Source: Bifidobacterium breve (GTDB lineage Bacteria; Actinomycetota; Acidimicrobiia; Acidimicrobiales; Ilumatobacteraceae). From it: a DNA stretch of 64,000 nt. Below the pieces are notes generated by a model. The model saw only the letters and a program-made list of their open reading frames with translations, did not search any database and was not told the DNA's origin. Positions 1 to 9,175 of the stretch are shown piece after piece; within the stretch, counting starts at the first letter, position 1, and the number at the start of each line of letters is the position of its first letter. Where the stretch lies: NCBI GenBank assembly GCA_945862545.1, contig CAMAYS010000001.1:34394-98393 (forward strand), written 5' to 3'. Both the position numbers and the translations under genes were made by a program.

Positions 1-753
1 AGTTGTGGGACCTTTCACCATTGGGTTGAGTTCATCGTCAACTTTGACATCTTCCCAGTAACGCTTAGCGGCGCCGAGTGGTTTTTCCTGAGCATAGATG
101 GCATCGATTTTTTCATAATCAGCATCTGTGTAATGGGCCGCGGTAATTTCGGCATATTTGCCTTTGGCTCGTGATTGCTTTCGTTCTGTTAACACACGCA
201 GAATTCGATATACACCTAAGACTTCCCCGAATTGATTGATGGCCACATCGCGACTGACCTGAATCACCGAGCGACCGGCGAACTCTGACTGTTTGACGTT
301 CAGCGTCTCCTCACCGCGATATGAAAAGATGCGATCATCTGGCCGCAATGGTCGGTACCAATCCCATGTGCCCCCGGAGACAAATACATGTACACCCCGG
401 AACAGGCTCTTGGTTTGTTTTTGAATCTCTTCGGGGATGGGGTCCCCGTACATTGGGCTCTTGATATGACCTATCTGTGTTCCGTGACCTATCTGTGTTC
501 CCCAGCGAGTGTTGATTCCGTAGTCCTCTTCGGTATAGAGAGGATTGTCATCACCAACACCAAGGGCCCAATTGCGCAAAGCATCCGGGGTGGCGACTGA
601 GTTCAATTCACGCTGTTTGCTAGCGCTGTTGTGACCAAGGAGCAATTTGGCGCGCTCAATATCGTGGTCCGTGAGTTCATGTTCAAGAGCTTTCTGAAAC
701 TCTTTCTCAAGTTCAGCATCTACCTTGAACGCGTCATGGGTTTTATCGCTCAT
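1..753 (-). CDS. MaoC-like acyl dehydratase / (R)-specific enoyl-CoA hydratase family protein, first 251 codons (3' end lies beyond window start)
   Basis: Absent from the ORF track because it runs off the edge. The reverse-strand frame is open from ATG 753..751 to position 1 (MSDKTHDAFKVDAELEKEF...LRNWALGVGDDNPLYTEEDY...VFVSGGTWDWYRPLRPDD). AAGGAG lies upstream. ATGA start/stop overlap with the upstream ligase gene. Confidence 0.6.
   Translation of the reverse strand, partial: MSDKTHDAFKVDAELEKEFQKALEHELTDHDIERAKLLLGHNSASKQRELNSVATPDALRNWALGVGDDNPLYTEEDYGINTRWGTQIGHGTQIGHIKSPMYGDPIPEEIQKQTKSLFRGVHVFVSGGTWDWYRPLRPDDRIFSYRGEETLNVKQSEFAGRSVIQVSRDVAINQFGEVLGVYRILRVLTERKQSRAKGKYAEITAAHYTDADYEKIDAIYAQEKPLGAAKRYWEDVKVDDELNPMVKGPTT
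467..502. repeat. 18-bp tandem duplication inside the MaoC-like CDS (in-frame, GTQIGH x2)
   Basis: tgacctatctgtgttccg / tgacctatctgtgttccc; 17 of 18 positions identical, directly adjacent. Confidence 0.9.
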
Positions 754-2309
754 GTCATCTCCTTGTTTTTAGTCGCAATGAGGTACTCGTCGCGAATTTT
801 GCGCTTATATAACTTGCCGGCTTCGGTGCGTGGGAGTTCAGTACGGTAATCCCAACGTCGGGGGCATTTGTAACTAGCTAGATGTTCCTTACAAAACTGG
901 AGAAGTTCAGCGTTGAGTTCCTCACTGGCTGTGAAACCAGATTTAAGTTGCACGATTGCAACGATTGATTCTCCCCATTCAGGATCAGGGATTCCAATAA
1001 CGCCAACATCGCTGATTTTTGGATGAGTGAGAAGAACCGCCTCTATCTCGGCAGGGTACACATTGGTACCACCAGTGATAATCATGTCTTTGGCGCGATC
1101 GGAAATGAAAAGATAACCATCTGTGTCTAGGTAGCCGATGTCGCCAAGGCTGAAGCGCCGACCCTTATAGGCCGAGTCCGTTTGGTCGGGATCATTGTGA
1201 TATGAGAATCCGACTCCATTTTCTAAATAGATGTGGCCGACTTCACCAGCCTGGAGTTCGCGTCCGTCGTCATCAAGGATTGACAGTTGCATTCCGCGGA
1301 TCGCCCGCCCGACGGTTCCCGGTTTTTCGAGCCATCGATAAGGCTTGGCGATAGTGGCTGCTCCTTCCATGCCGCCGTATGTTTCCCAGATAACTGGTCC
1401 CCACCAAGCCATCATCTGTTCTTTAATCGGGCGCGGACATGGAGCGGCAGAATGCACGATGGCGTGCAAGCTTGTGAGGTCATAACGCTCTCGGATCTCT
1501 TTGGGGAGTTGGAGGAGACGATGGAATTGGGTGGGGACCATGTAACCGGTTCGAACACGGTATTTTTCAATCAGTCGCAGCGTTTGTTCGGGCTCAAATT
1601 TATCCATGATGATGAGCGAATGGCCAGCATGTAAACCACCCATATAGAAACTGTGTGATCCACCATGAAACATTCCTGTGGAGACCAACATCGGTCCTTC
1701 AAATGGGGTGAAATCGAATGCCCGACTAAAGAGAGCGCCATCATTAGCAATGGTGTCGACATCACCTGAAGGGATTGGTCGGCGAATACCCTTAGGTTTC
1801 CCTGTTGTGCCCGAGGTGTAGACAAAGAGTCCTCCAGGTTGACGCTTCTCGGGGGCAGTTGTGACATGGGTTGAGCGCGCTTCTGCGAGCGATCTAAAGC
1901 CAGCTGATAAACCCTTGACAAAGACGGTGAGTTTGAGTGCCGCGGTGTCAATCTTGTCCAGTAAATGGGTGAAACGTTCGTCGATCACCAGCACCTTGGT
2001 TTGTGAATGCTGCAAGATCATTGCTAATTCGATCTCGGTGAGATGGACATTGAGAGGGATGAAGTGGTTGCCGCCTTCGTGGCAGGCGAGCGAGCATTCA
2101 ATGATCGTGTTGCCGTTGTCCAATAGAACGCCGATGGCTGTTCCGGCATCCCCTCCAACTGAGCGAAAGAGATGTACTAATTGATGAACATTGCCCGCTA
2201 GCTGACCGTAGGTTAGGGGTCCATCAGGACTGGCGATGATTGCTGTTAGGTCTGGGTGGTCTGCGGCGATCCACCAAAAACCGAGCCTTTGATCCCATGG
2301 GCTATTCAC
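750..2309 (-). CDS. AMP-forming acyl-CoA synthetase (FadD-like)
   Basis: 519-aa ORF. AMP-binding motifs YTSGTTGKPKG and GDIGYLDTDGYLFISDRAKDMI. GTG start at 2309. Confidence 0.9.
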   Translation of the reverse strand: MNSPWDQRLGFWWIAADHPDLTAIIASPDGPLTYGQLAGNVHQLVHLFRSVGGDAGTAIGVLLDNGNTIIECSLACHEGGNHFIPLNVHLTEIELAMILQHSQTKVLVIDERFTHLLDKIDTAALKLTVFVKGLSAGFRSLAEARSTHVTTAPEKRQPGGLFVYTSGTTGKPKGIRRPIPSGDVDTIANDGALFSRAFDFTPFEGPMLVSTGMFHGGSHSFYMGGLHAGHSLIIMDKFEPEQTLRLIEKYRVRTGYMVPTQFHRLLQLPKEIRERYDLTSLHAIVHSAAPCPRPIKEQMMAWWGPVIWETYGGMEGAATIAKPYRWLEKPGTVGRAIRGMQLSILDDDGRELQAGEVGHIYLENGVGFSYHNDPDQTDSAYKGRRFSLGDIGYLDTDGYLFISDRAKDMIITGGTNVYPAEIEAVLLTHPKISDVGVIGIPDPEWGESIVAIVQLKSGFTASEELNAELLQFCKEHLASYKCPRRWDYRTELPRTEAGKLYKRKIRDEYLIATKNKEMT

Positions 2310-2314
2310 AAATA

Positions 2315-2330
2315 AAATACTAACCTATTT
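2315..2330. promoter_or_regulatory. operator-like dyad, motif 2 (AAATAGGTTAGTATTT on the minus strand)
   Basis: AAATACTAACCTATTT lies in the divergent ligase/ACAD region, 5 nt upstream of the ligase GTG start. A half-site ACCTATTT repeats at 2373..2380. Confidence 0.4.
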
Positions 2331-2387
2331 ATATGGATTGGGCAAATGAGCTTGCGCGTGGCGTGAAAAGGCACCTATTTTAGGGGA

Positions 2388-3569
2388 GTGATCTCACTTG
2401 ATGACTTGCGCGCTGAAGTGCAAGACTTTTTTACTTCTCGCTTTGCTTTGCGTGATTGTGAACTTGATGATGAGCGAGATGACATAATTTCTCGGACCCC
2501 TGAGGGCCATGGCGTTCTCGTCGATCAGGCTCGTGAGTTGCAGCGGGCTTTGGCCTCTGCAGGTTTGTCCGGTGTGCATGTACCGATTGAATATGGCGGT
2601 CGAGGTTTGACTCATGCACATGCCAAAATCATCGAAGAGGAACTTCGGCACTTTGACGCTCCATCAATTCGACCACTTGGAATTGGGATGCACCTTGCCG
2701 TGTCAACTTTGTTGTCGGCAGGATCTGAGGAGCAAAAAATCCGTTTTATACCCGCTCTGATTCGTGCCGATGAACTCTGGTGCCAACTCTTCTCCGAGCC
2801 CGACGCTGGTTCCGATTTGGCATCCTTGCGTTGTCGAGCAGTTCGTGATGGTGATGAATTCGTGATTGATGGACAAAAGGTCTGGTCTTCGTACGCTTCT
2901 GATGCCAACTTTGGAATGCTTCTGGCGCGTACTGACCCTGATGCGCTGAAACCGCAGATGGGAATCACAGTGTTTATCCTTCCAATCCACGCGAGTGGAG
3001 TGACGGTTCGTCCGCTCGTTGATATTGCTGGTGGACATCATTTCAATGAGGTGTTTCTTGAGGGCGTCCGTCTGCCCGCCAGTGCCGTGATTGGGGAAGT
3101 TAATAAAGGATGGGGCATCTCGCAAGGAACCCTTGGTGGTGAGAGATCCGGTTATATGGGTGGCTCGGGAGCGAATCGCCGTCAACGACAGGTCATCAAA
3201 GCGGCAGTCGATAGAAATCTTCTGAATGATCCCAATGTTCGTCAATTGATAGCGCGAGTTGTGACCAGTGAGAGAATTCTTGAGTGGGTACGCGATTCTT
3301 TTGTCGCTGGTCAACTGATGGATGGGCATCCAGCAGCTGGCTCAATGATGAAGTTATCGGCAGGAACACTTGAGCAATTTTCATCAGAGGTCATCACTGA
3401 CATTATGGGAGCATCTGGAATTGCATGGGATCGGGCCGAGCGAGACGGCGACATCGTGAGTCACGCGCTGAATGCGTCTCGCCAGTCGCGCATCGCTGGT
3501 GGCTCACATGAAATACAACGCAACCTTCTTGGGGAGCGCTTACTTGGTCTGCCACGTGATCTGAAATAG
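2388..3569 (+). CDS. acyl-CoA dehydrogenase
   Basis: 393-aa ORF. LFSEPDAGSDLASL, DGQKVWSS, C-terminal GGSHEIQRNLLGERLLGLPRD (catalytic Glu context). Confidence 0.9.
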   Translation: MISLDDLRAEVQDFFTSRFALRDCELDDERDDIISRTPEGHGVLVDQARELQRALASAGLSGVHVPIEYGGRGLTHAHAKIIEEELRHFDAPSIRPLGIGMHLAVSTLLSAGSEEQKIRFIPALIRADELWCQLFSEPDAGSDLASLRCRAVRDGDEFVIDGQKVWSSYASDANFGMLLARTDPDALKPQMGITVFILPIHASGVTVRPLVDIAGGHHFNEVFLEGVRLPASAVIGEVNKGWGISQGTLGGERSGYMGGSGANRRQRQVIKAAVDRNLLNDPNVRQLIARVVTSERILEWVRDSFVAGQLMDGHPAAGSMMKLSAGTLEQFSSEVITDIMGASGIAWDRAERDGDIVSHALNASRQSRIAGGSHEIQRNLLGERLLGLPRDLK

Positions 3570-3602
3570 AAGCGCTTGATATGTTTCGCCACGGCGAAGA
3601 AT

Positions 3603-4337
3603 CTAGTAATCCGAAAAGAAGATTGTTATGCGTTCTTTTGGTGAACGAGCGCTGATCGTATAATTCATTTGAGCTACCCAATGGGCCGTGGCTTTTTCAG
3701 CCTGACCAGTTCTAATCAGCTCCACCAACTTGCGGTAAGACTTGATCGCCCCATTCATCATTGCTTGATCAAGTGACGGTACGGTTCGCGCGTAGAACGA
3801 TTGCACTAGGACATGAAGAAGATGCGACAACGTCGCCAGTGTTTTGTTGCCTGAACGCTCGATCAGAGTTTCGTGAACTCCTACTACTGCTTGAACAAAG
3901 GCAGCCGCATCATTGTCATCAGATGCCACCTGTGCGAGGTCAATAGCTTTTTCCAAGGCTTTAATGTCGGCTTTGGAGTGCTTGCGCGCAAGTTGCCCGG
4001 CGATATGTGGCTCAATCACTCGCCGAGCCGCGTCCAAGTCTGCAACAGTCGTACCTTGCAACTGAAGTGAGACCGCTAAAGCAGTAGCAATAGGATCAAG
4101 ATTTGGATGGGTGACGACTGGGCCACCACCTCGTCCACGGCGAATAGCAATAAGCCCCTGGGACTCCAAAACACGAAGGGCTTCGCGCAAGGTGGTCCGG
4201 GCTACCCCCATCTCAAGCGTGAGTTCGTCCTCCGCCGGCAGGAGGTCGCCAGCCTTGAGGGTCCCGTTGACGATCTTTTCCCGAATACGGTCAGCGATCA
4301 CTTCATGGGTTTTTTGAGCCCTTTTGGTGTTCGCCAT
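3603..4337 (-). CDS. GntR/FadR-family transcriptional regulator (wHTH + FCD domain)
   Basis: 244-aa ORF. N-terminal GntR wHTH pattern LPAEDELTLEMGVARTTLREALRVLESQGLI followed by an all-helical C-domain. Confidence 0.85.
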   Translation of the reverse strand: MANTKRAQKTHEVIADRIREKIVNGTLKAGDLLPAEDELTLEMGVARTTLREALRVLESQGLIAIRRGRGGGPVVTHPNLDPIATALAVSLQLQGTTVADLDAARRVIEPHIAGQLARKHSKADIKALEKAIDLAQVASDDNDAAAFVQAVVGVHETLIERSGNKTLATLSHLLHVLVQSFYARTVPSLDQAMMNGAIKSYRKLVELIRTGQAEKATAHWVAQMNYTISARSPKERITIFFSDY

Positions 4338-4354
4338 GGTTTTGAGTATACGGT

Positions 4355-5182
4355 TTGGTTGTGGATCGTATCTTGTCGCTGAACACAGACACCGTCCACA
4401 TTGAAGTTCGCCAAAGAGTCGGGCTCATCCGCTTCAACCGTCCGGAACGCCGTAATGCGTTACACGACGAAATGTATGGCCCGATTATTGAGGCGATCCA
4501 TGCATTTTCTGACGACCCTGAGGTTGGATGCATCGTCGTCACCGGCGAGGGAGTTGGGTTTTGTGCTGGGGGCGATGTGCGCGAAGGTAGTGGGCGGCGT
4601 AGCGATGGATCGCGCCCAAGCCTTGACGAGCGGGCTGAAAATCTCGCCCGCAATGCTGAACTCGTAGTAGCGCTTCACGAAGCGCCGATTGTAACTATTG
4701 CCGCGGTAAATGGGGCAGCTGTCGGAGCGGGGATGGCCATAGCTCTTGCATGTGATGTGCGCATTGCCTCAACTTCAGCAGTCTTTATCGGTGGCTGGGC
4801 GCGTCTTGGTTTTTCCGGCGACTTTGGAGGAGCTTGGCTTTTGCGTCATCGCGTCGGTCCATCAAAGGCACTAGAGATTTTGGCCACTAACCGAACTGTA
4901 ACTGCTGTTGAGGCTTTAGAAATCGGAATGGTTGATCATCTTGTGGAGGAGAAGCTTTTCGCTGATGCGTGCTGGGATATGGCGCGATCCTTTGCCGATG
5001 GGCCGCGTTTAGCAATCAGTTTCATGAAACAAAATATTCTTGATGCTGATCGGTTAAATCTTTCACAAGCAATTTTGCAAGAGTCGCGGCGAATGGTTGA
5101 CTCAAGTCAGACGCAAGACCATCGCGAGGGAGTGCGTGCTTGGGTTGAAAAGCGCGAACCTCGGTTCGGTCTACCCGAGTAG
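4355..5182 (+). CDS. enoyl-CoA hydratase/isomerase (crotonase) family protein
   Basis: 275-aa ORF. FCAGGDV and AAVNGAAVGAGMAIALACDVRIA motifs. TTG 4355 or GTG 4361 start. Confidence 0.9.
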   Translation: MVVDRILSLNTDTVHIEVRQRVGLIRFNRPERRNALHDEMYGPIIEAIHAFSDDPEVGCIVVTGEGVGFCAGGDVREGSGRRSDGSRPSLDERAENLARNAELVVALHEAPIVTIAAVNGAAVGAGMAIALACDVRIASTSAVFIGGWARLGFSGDFGGAWLLRHRVGPSKALEILATNRTVTAVEALEIGMVDHLVEEKLFADACWDMARSFADGPRLAISFMKQNILDADRLNLSQAILQESRRMVDSSQTQDHREGVRAWVEKREPRFGLPE

Positions 5183-5198
5183 AAATTTTCCCATTTGA

Positions 5199-6551
5199 TT
5201 AGATAACTGGTAGGTGCCGCGTAGCAAGAACTCCCATCGCTGTAGCGGCGACTTGATTGCGTCGCATGGCTTGATGAGCAGCGTGGGGGAGTATCTCAAG
5301 TGGGGTAACGATGCCGAGGCGCACAAGTTCTAGCAGGATGCGATTCGCCTCATCTAGAGACTTCGGTTGTTGCTTGATCAGTTGCGAAATTTCTTCAAGT
5401 TCGGCATCGTCATGTGAATCTCCTGCTCGGTCGCATTCCTTGAGATATTTGATAACGCGAGCGAGACCTTTTAGTCGCCGAGATCCGTATGGGTCGGAAA
5501 TGTGTGGTCCCACCACGTTGAGCATTTGACTCAGAGTGGCATCGTAGAGAGCGGTTCGAGTGGTATCGGCGAGAATTGGGAGTTGAACTTCAGGAAACTC
5601 AACACCCATAGCCACAGCTAGCGCTTCGATTGTGAGTCGACGATGAAGGGCTCCGTAGATAATAAGGTTTCCAGGTTCGGTGTTATCGGATAGTTCACTG
5701 ACTTTACGTTCTGCTCCAAGCACGGCGATGCGGAGTTCAGCGAAGAGAGCGTGATAGCGAATGCGGGTAGGGTCGGGCGTGGAACCCGATGCCTGGTTGT
5801 AGACCCTGAGGAATCGAGCAAAATCAGGCACTGGTTCTTGAGCATTGCGGGTGCCGACCCAGGCAATGTCCTCCATCGGATCACCGAGATGAGCGAGCTC
5901 AAAGTCCAGAAAGGCAGTTACTTTTTGTCCATCATGAAGAAAGTTTCCTGGACCTGTATCACCCTGAACGAGGGATGGTCGCACGTTCTCAGTTGACGGG
6001 AGATTGCTACGTAGCCAAATAAAACATGCCGTGAGGACTGGGTCGGGACTCCCCGTTGCATCGAGTCGTAGTTCCCATTCGTCAAGTTCACGGATGACCA
6101 ATTCGCTGACGGTACCGACTGGCTTCAACATTGGTATGTCCATCAACTTTGGATCCGCTGCATGGAGATGGGCTAACCACGGAGCGAAATCATCAATGAT
6201 TGAGGTTTGCGACTCAGAATCTAGACGCGCAAATGCTGCTGTTCCAGGAACATATTCAAGGAGAACCGCCTCCAATTCTTCATGGACGGCAATGACTGCC
6301 GGTGACGGAATCCCCAGCGCATGAACAGCCCGATAAATCTCCGCCTCACGTCGTAGTGTGTATTTCTCTGTCACCTCGGGTTGGCTTGAGTCGCACCGTA
6401 AAAACCACTGTTGGCCGGCAGAACTACTTGCTATCCAAGCCTCGTGTCGCCCTCCGCCGAGAGTACGAGTGAGGGTGATGTGAGAGGATTTCGTGACCTG
6501 GCTGACCCAAAGAATTAGTGCTGAGGTGCGAGAATCTTGATCTGCTGCCAT
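5199..6551 (-). CDS. APH-like phosphotransferase (kinase) family protein
   Basis: 450-aa ORF. Catalytic-loop pattern GDTGPGN (D-x4-N) and metal-binding FLDFELAHLGDP (DxE). Confidence 0.75.
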   Translation of the reverse strand: MAADQDSRTSALILWVSQVTKSSHITLTRTLGGGRHEAWIASSSAGQQWFLRCDSSQPEVTEKYTLRREAEIYRAVHALGIPSPAVIAVHEELEAVLLEYVPGTAAFARLDSESQTSIIDDFAPWLAHLHAADPKLMDIPMLKPVGTVSELVIRELDEWELRLDATGSPDPVLTACFIWLRSNLPSTENVRPSLVQGDTGPGNFLHDGQKVTAFLDFELAHLGDPMEDIAWVGTRNAQEPVPDFARFLRVYNQASGSTPDPTRIRYHALFAELRIAVLGAERKVSELSDNTEPGNLIIYGALHRRLTIEALAVAMGVEFPEVQLPILADTTRTALYDATLSQMLNVVGPHISDPYGSRRLKGLARVIKYLKECDRAGDSHDDAELEEISQLIKQQPKSLDEANRILLELVRLGIVTPLEILPHAAHQAMRRNQVAATAMGVLATRHLPVI

Positions 6552-6604
6552 GGTATGAAACTAATCTATAGTTGCCTCCCCAACAAACAGAGAGCGAGTG
6601 CGTG

Positions 6605-7396
6605 ATGTCTGTATCAGTTGAAAATTTCAGCACAATTGAGTTTGATGTACTTGATCATGTTGCCACCATCACCCTCAATCGACCTGCGCAGTTAAATAGT
6701 TTCACCGAGGTGATGGCCCACGAAATGGCTGAAGCCTGGCGGGTTGTTCGAGAGACCGACGCAATACATGTGGCCGTTCTCCAGGCCAACGGTGAGAAGG
6801 CATTCTGCACTGGTATCGATATCAAAGGTGGGGCTTGGTGGGCGAACCTCAATGTTTGGAATCAGGAGGATCCAGGCGTCTTTCTTGCGCCGAAGTCAAA
6901 CAAGGTTTGGAAGCCAGTCGTCTGTGCGGTGAATGGAATGTGTGCGGGCGGGGGTCAGTATTTTGTCAATGAGAGTGACATCGTCATTTGTTCGCAGGAC
7001 GCCGTTTTCTTTGATCCCCATGCCAACGGCGGTATTGTCTCCGCTCTTGAACCGATCGGGATGTTGCAACGTGGAGTTCCATTAGGAGATGTGTTGCGCT
7101 GGGCCTTAATGGGAACAGAAGAGCGAATCACAGCAGCGACTGCTTTGCGCCTCGGGTTAGTGACCGAGGTTGTCGCAACGGTTGACTTGCGAAGTCGGGC
7201 AGCGGACATTGCTGCTCAAATCGCCGAGAGAAATCCGATTGCGATTCAAGGAACCATCCGAGCGATTTGGGAGGCCACCGAATTGTCGCCTGCTATTGCT
7301 AAACAAAATGGTATGGCTTACACCCACATTGGTAACGCCCCGGCCGTAGAGCGTCAAGGCGCAACGCGTATTAACCGTCAGCCAACCTTACGCTGA
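6605..7396 (+). CDS. enoyl-CoA hydratase/isomerase family protein
   Basis: ORF track 6572..7396. I prefer the in-frame ATG at 6605 (MSVSVENFSTIEFD...). FCTGIDI and CAVNGMCAGGG crotonase motifs. Confidence 0.85.
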   Translation: MSVSVENFSTIEFDVLDHVATITLNRPAQLNSFTEVMAHEMAEAWRVVRETDAIHVAVLQANGEKAFCTGIDIKGGAWWANLNVWNQEDPGVFLAPKSNKVWKPVVCAVNGMCAGGGQYFVNESDIVICSQDAVFFDPHANGGIVSALEPIGMLQRGVPLGDVLRWALMGTEERITAATALRLGLVTEVVATVDLRSRAADIAAQIAERNPIAIQGTIRAIWEATELSPAIAKQNGMAYTHIGNAPAVERQGATRINRQPTLR

Positions 7397-7408
7397 GATT
7401 TTTGGTTT

Positions 7409-7891
7409 TTAACCTTGTGTGGGGATGCGAGAGTTGTCCCAAGAAAGAATACGCGGATCTGCAGAGAAGGCCACCCATTTCGATCCCGATGAATATGTCT
7501 CTGCCGTTTTTGTGGGCATGGTTTTTATCGGTGTCCGTAATGCAGAGTATTTTTCGTCCATCTGTGCTCTGATCCGTGAGCGTAATTCTGCATCAATCTC
7601 CACGGTGGCAACTTTTCCGGTGAGGTGGACGGCCGTGAGCTCCGCCCACTTTTCTCCAGTCTCAACCAGAAATGAAGCACGCGCATCATGATTGATTCGG
7701 AGCAGTTTTTTCCCACGAGTATTGAGGTAGATCGTTTTGTCAATACAGGCAAACCACAATGGCAGAGATATTGGAACACCGTCACGTCGGAGAGTCGTCA
7801 TGATCCCTATCGAAGCTTTTGTCACGAAATCCCATGCTTCCTCCTCACTGAGTCGGATGGAACGCGGACTTGGTGTTTGCGATATAGACAT
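7409..7891 (-). CDS. pyridoxamine 5'-phosphate oxidase-like split-barrel protein (possible F420H2/FMN-dependent reductase)
   Basis: 160-aa ORF. N-terminal pattern EEAWDFVTKASIGIMTTLRRDGVPISLPLWF typical of the PNPOx-like/FDOR fold. 2-nt gap to the upstream ACAD gene. Confidence 0.65.
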   Translation of the reverse strand: MSISQTPSPRSIRLSEEEAWDFVTKASIGIMTTLRRDGVPISLPLWFACIDKTIYLNTRGKKLLRINHDARASFLVETGEKWAELTAVHLTGKVATVEIDAELRSRIRAQMDEKYSALRTPIKTMPTKTAETYSSGSKWVAFSADPRILSWDNSRIPTQG

Positions 7892-7893
7892 CT

Positions 7894-9141
7894 TTAAGAT
7901 CGCCTCAGTTCTTTGAATGGTGTCTCGTTGTCGTCGAATGGATCACGGGGCAGTCCCAGGGAACGCTCGCCAATGATGTTGCGTTGAATTTCATTGGTGC
8001 CGCCGCCGAGTGATGGGGCGAAACTTGACAAACCGGCGCGCTGGATACGGCCATTTTCACGGGCATCTGCACCGATCAACATTCCTTCAGCTCCAAGTAG
8101 TGACAGTGAGATATCCCGCGAGATGTGGGCAAGAAGTGCAGTACTGAGTTTGACGATTGAACCTTCAGGTCCAGGTTTGCCCCCCTTTGCGTTATCACGC
8201 GAACGTTGTCCCGTCAGACGGTGAACCTCGCTTCGAATGTAATAAGAGACAACTTTGTCTCGAGCAACGCGATCTTCAGATAAGCCGAGGTCCTTGAACA
8301 GTCGGATCATTGATTTTGCGCCGACCATAATGTCGAAGCGTTTATTTGGATCACGACTGGCTTTTTTGGCGGAATCAATGAGTTCACCAACTCGTCGGTC
8401 AAGATTGGTGCTTTGACCTCCGGCTTTTATCTCTGTCAGACCACGGGCGTATTGTTGACCGATTGAGCTACGTTCGTGTGTCAGGGTGGTACGCGCAATA
8501 TTCCAACCATCGTTGACAGCCCCTATGACGTTGGCGATGGGCACTCGTGCCTCATTGAGAAAAACTTCACAGAACTCAGCACCGCCATTCATTTGGACCA
8601 ATGGTCGAGCTTCAATCCCTGGCTGTTTCATATCGATGAGCATCCACGAGATCCCCTGATGCTTTGGTCTATCGACATCGGTACGCGCCAAGAGCATGCC
8701 CCATTCCGCTGATTCGGCGCTGGAGTTCCATACTTTTTGCCCTGTCACGATGAATTCATCACCATCTCGAATCGCCCTAGTTCCAAGACTGGCAAGGTCG
8801 CTCCCAGCCCCTGGTTCAGAGAATAACTGGCACCATAATTCCGTGCCGTTGGCGACCCCAGGAATAAAGCGTTCTCTTTGTTCATCATTGCCATGGCTAA
8901 AAATCGTTGCGGCTCCCATATTTGGAGCGATGCCTGTTGGCGCGCCAATTGTGCCCGCCTCGCCGAGCAGGCGATGGATTTCGCGCGTCTGACTAACGGT
9001 GGACCCCAGCCCTCCGAAGTTCTTCGGCCAAGCGGGGAATGCGTAACCAGAATCGGCGAGACGCTGCCACCATTCACGCAGGGTGAGATCTAAGTTCCAA
9101 TTGTTCGTGATCCAACTTTGCACTTCATCGTTGAAACCCAT
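7894..9141 (-). CDS. acyl-CoA dehydrogenase
   Basis: 415-aa ORF. LFSEPGAGSDLASL, GQKVWNS, GGTNEIQRNIIGERSLGLPRDP. Confidence 0.9.
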   Translation of the reverse strand: MGFNDEVQSWITNNWNLDLTLREWWQRLADSGYAFPAWPKNFGGLGSTVSQTREIHRLLGEAGTIGAPTGIAPNMGAATIFSHGNDEQRERFIPGVANGTELWCQLFSEPGAGSDLASLGTRAIRDGDEFIVTGQKVWNSSAESAEWGMLLARTDVDRPKHQGISWMLIDMKQPGIEARPLVQMNGGAEFCEVFLNEARVPIANVIGAVNDGWNIARTTLTHERSSIGQQYARGLTEIKAGGQSTNLDRRVGELIDSAKKASRDPNKRFDIMVGAKSMIRLFKDLGLSEDRVARDKVVSYYIRSEVHRLTGQRSRDNAKGGKPGPEGSIVKLSTALLAHISRDISLSLLGAEGMLIGADARENGRIQRAGLSSFAPSLGGGTNEIQRNIIGERSLGLPRDPFDDNETPFKELRRS

Positions 9142-9175
9142 GTCACTTTCCTTCCTGTCCAGATGTGACCATTAT

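Noticed and set aside
3570-3602. Terminator between the convergent ACAD and GntR genes (TTCGCC-AC-GGCGAA)
   Set aside because: The 6-bp stem would leave a 2-nt loop, which is sterically implausible, and there is no T-tract. Too weak to call.
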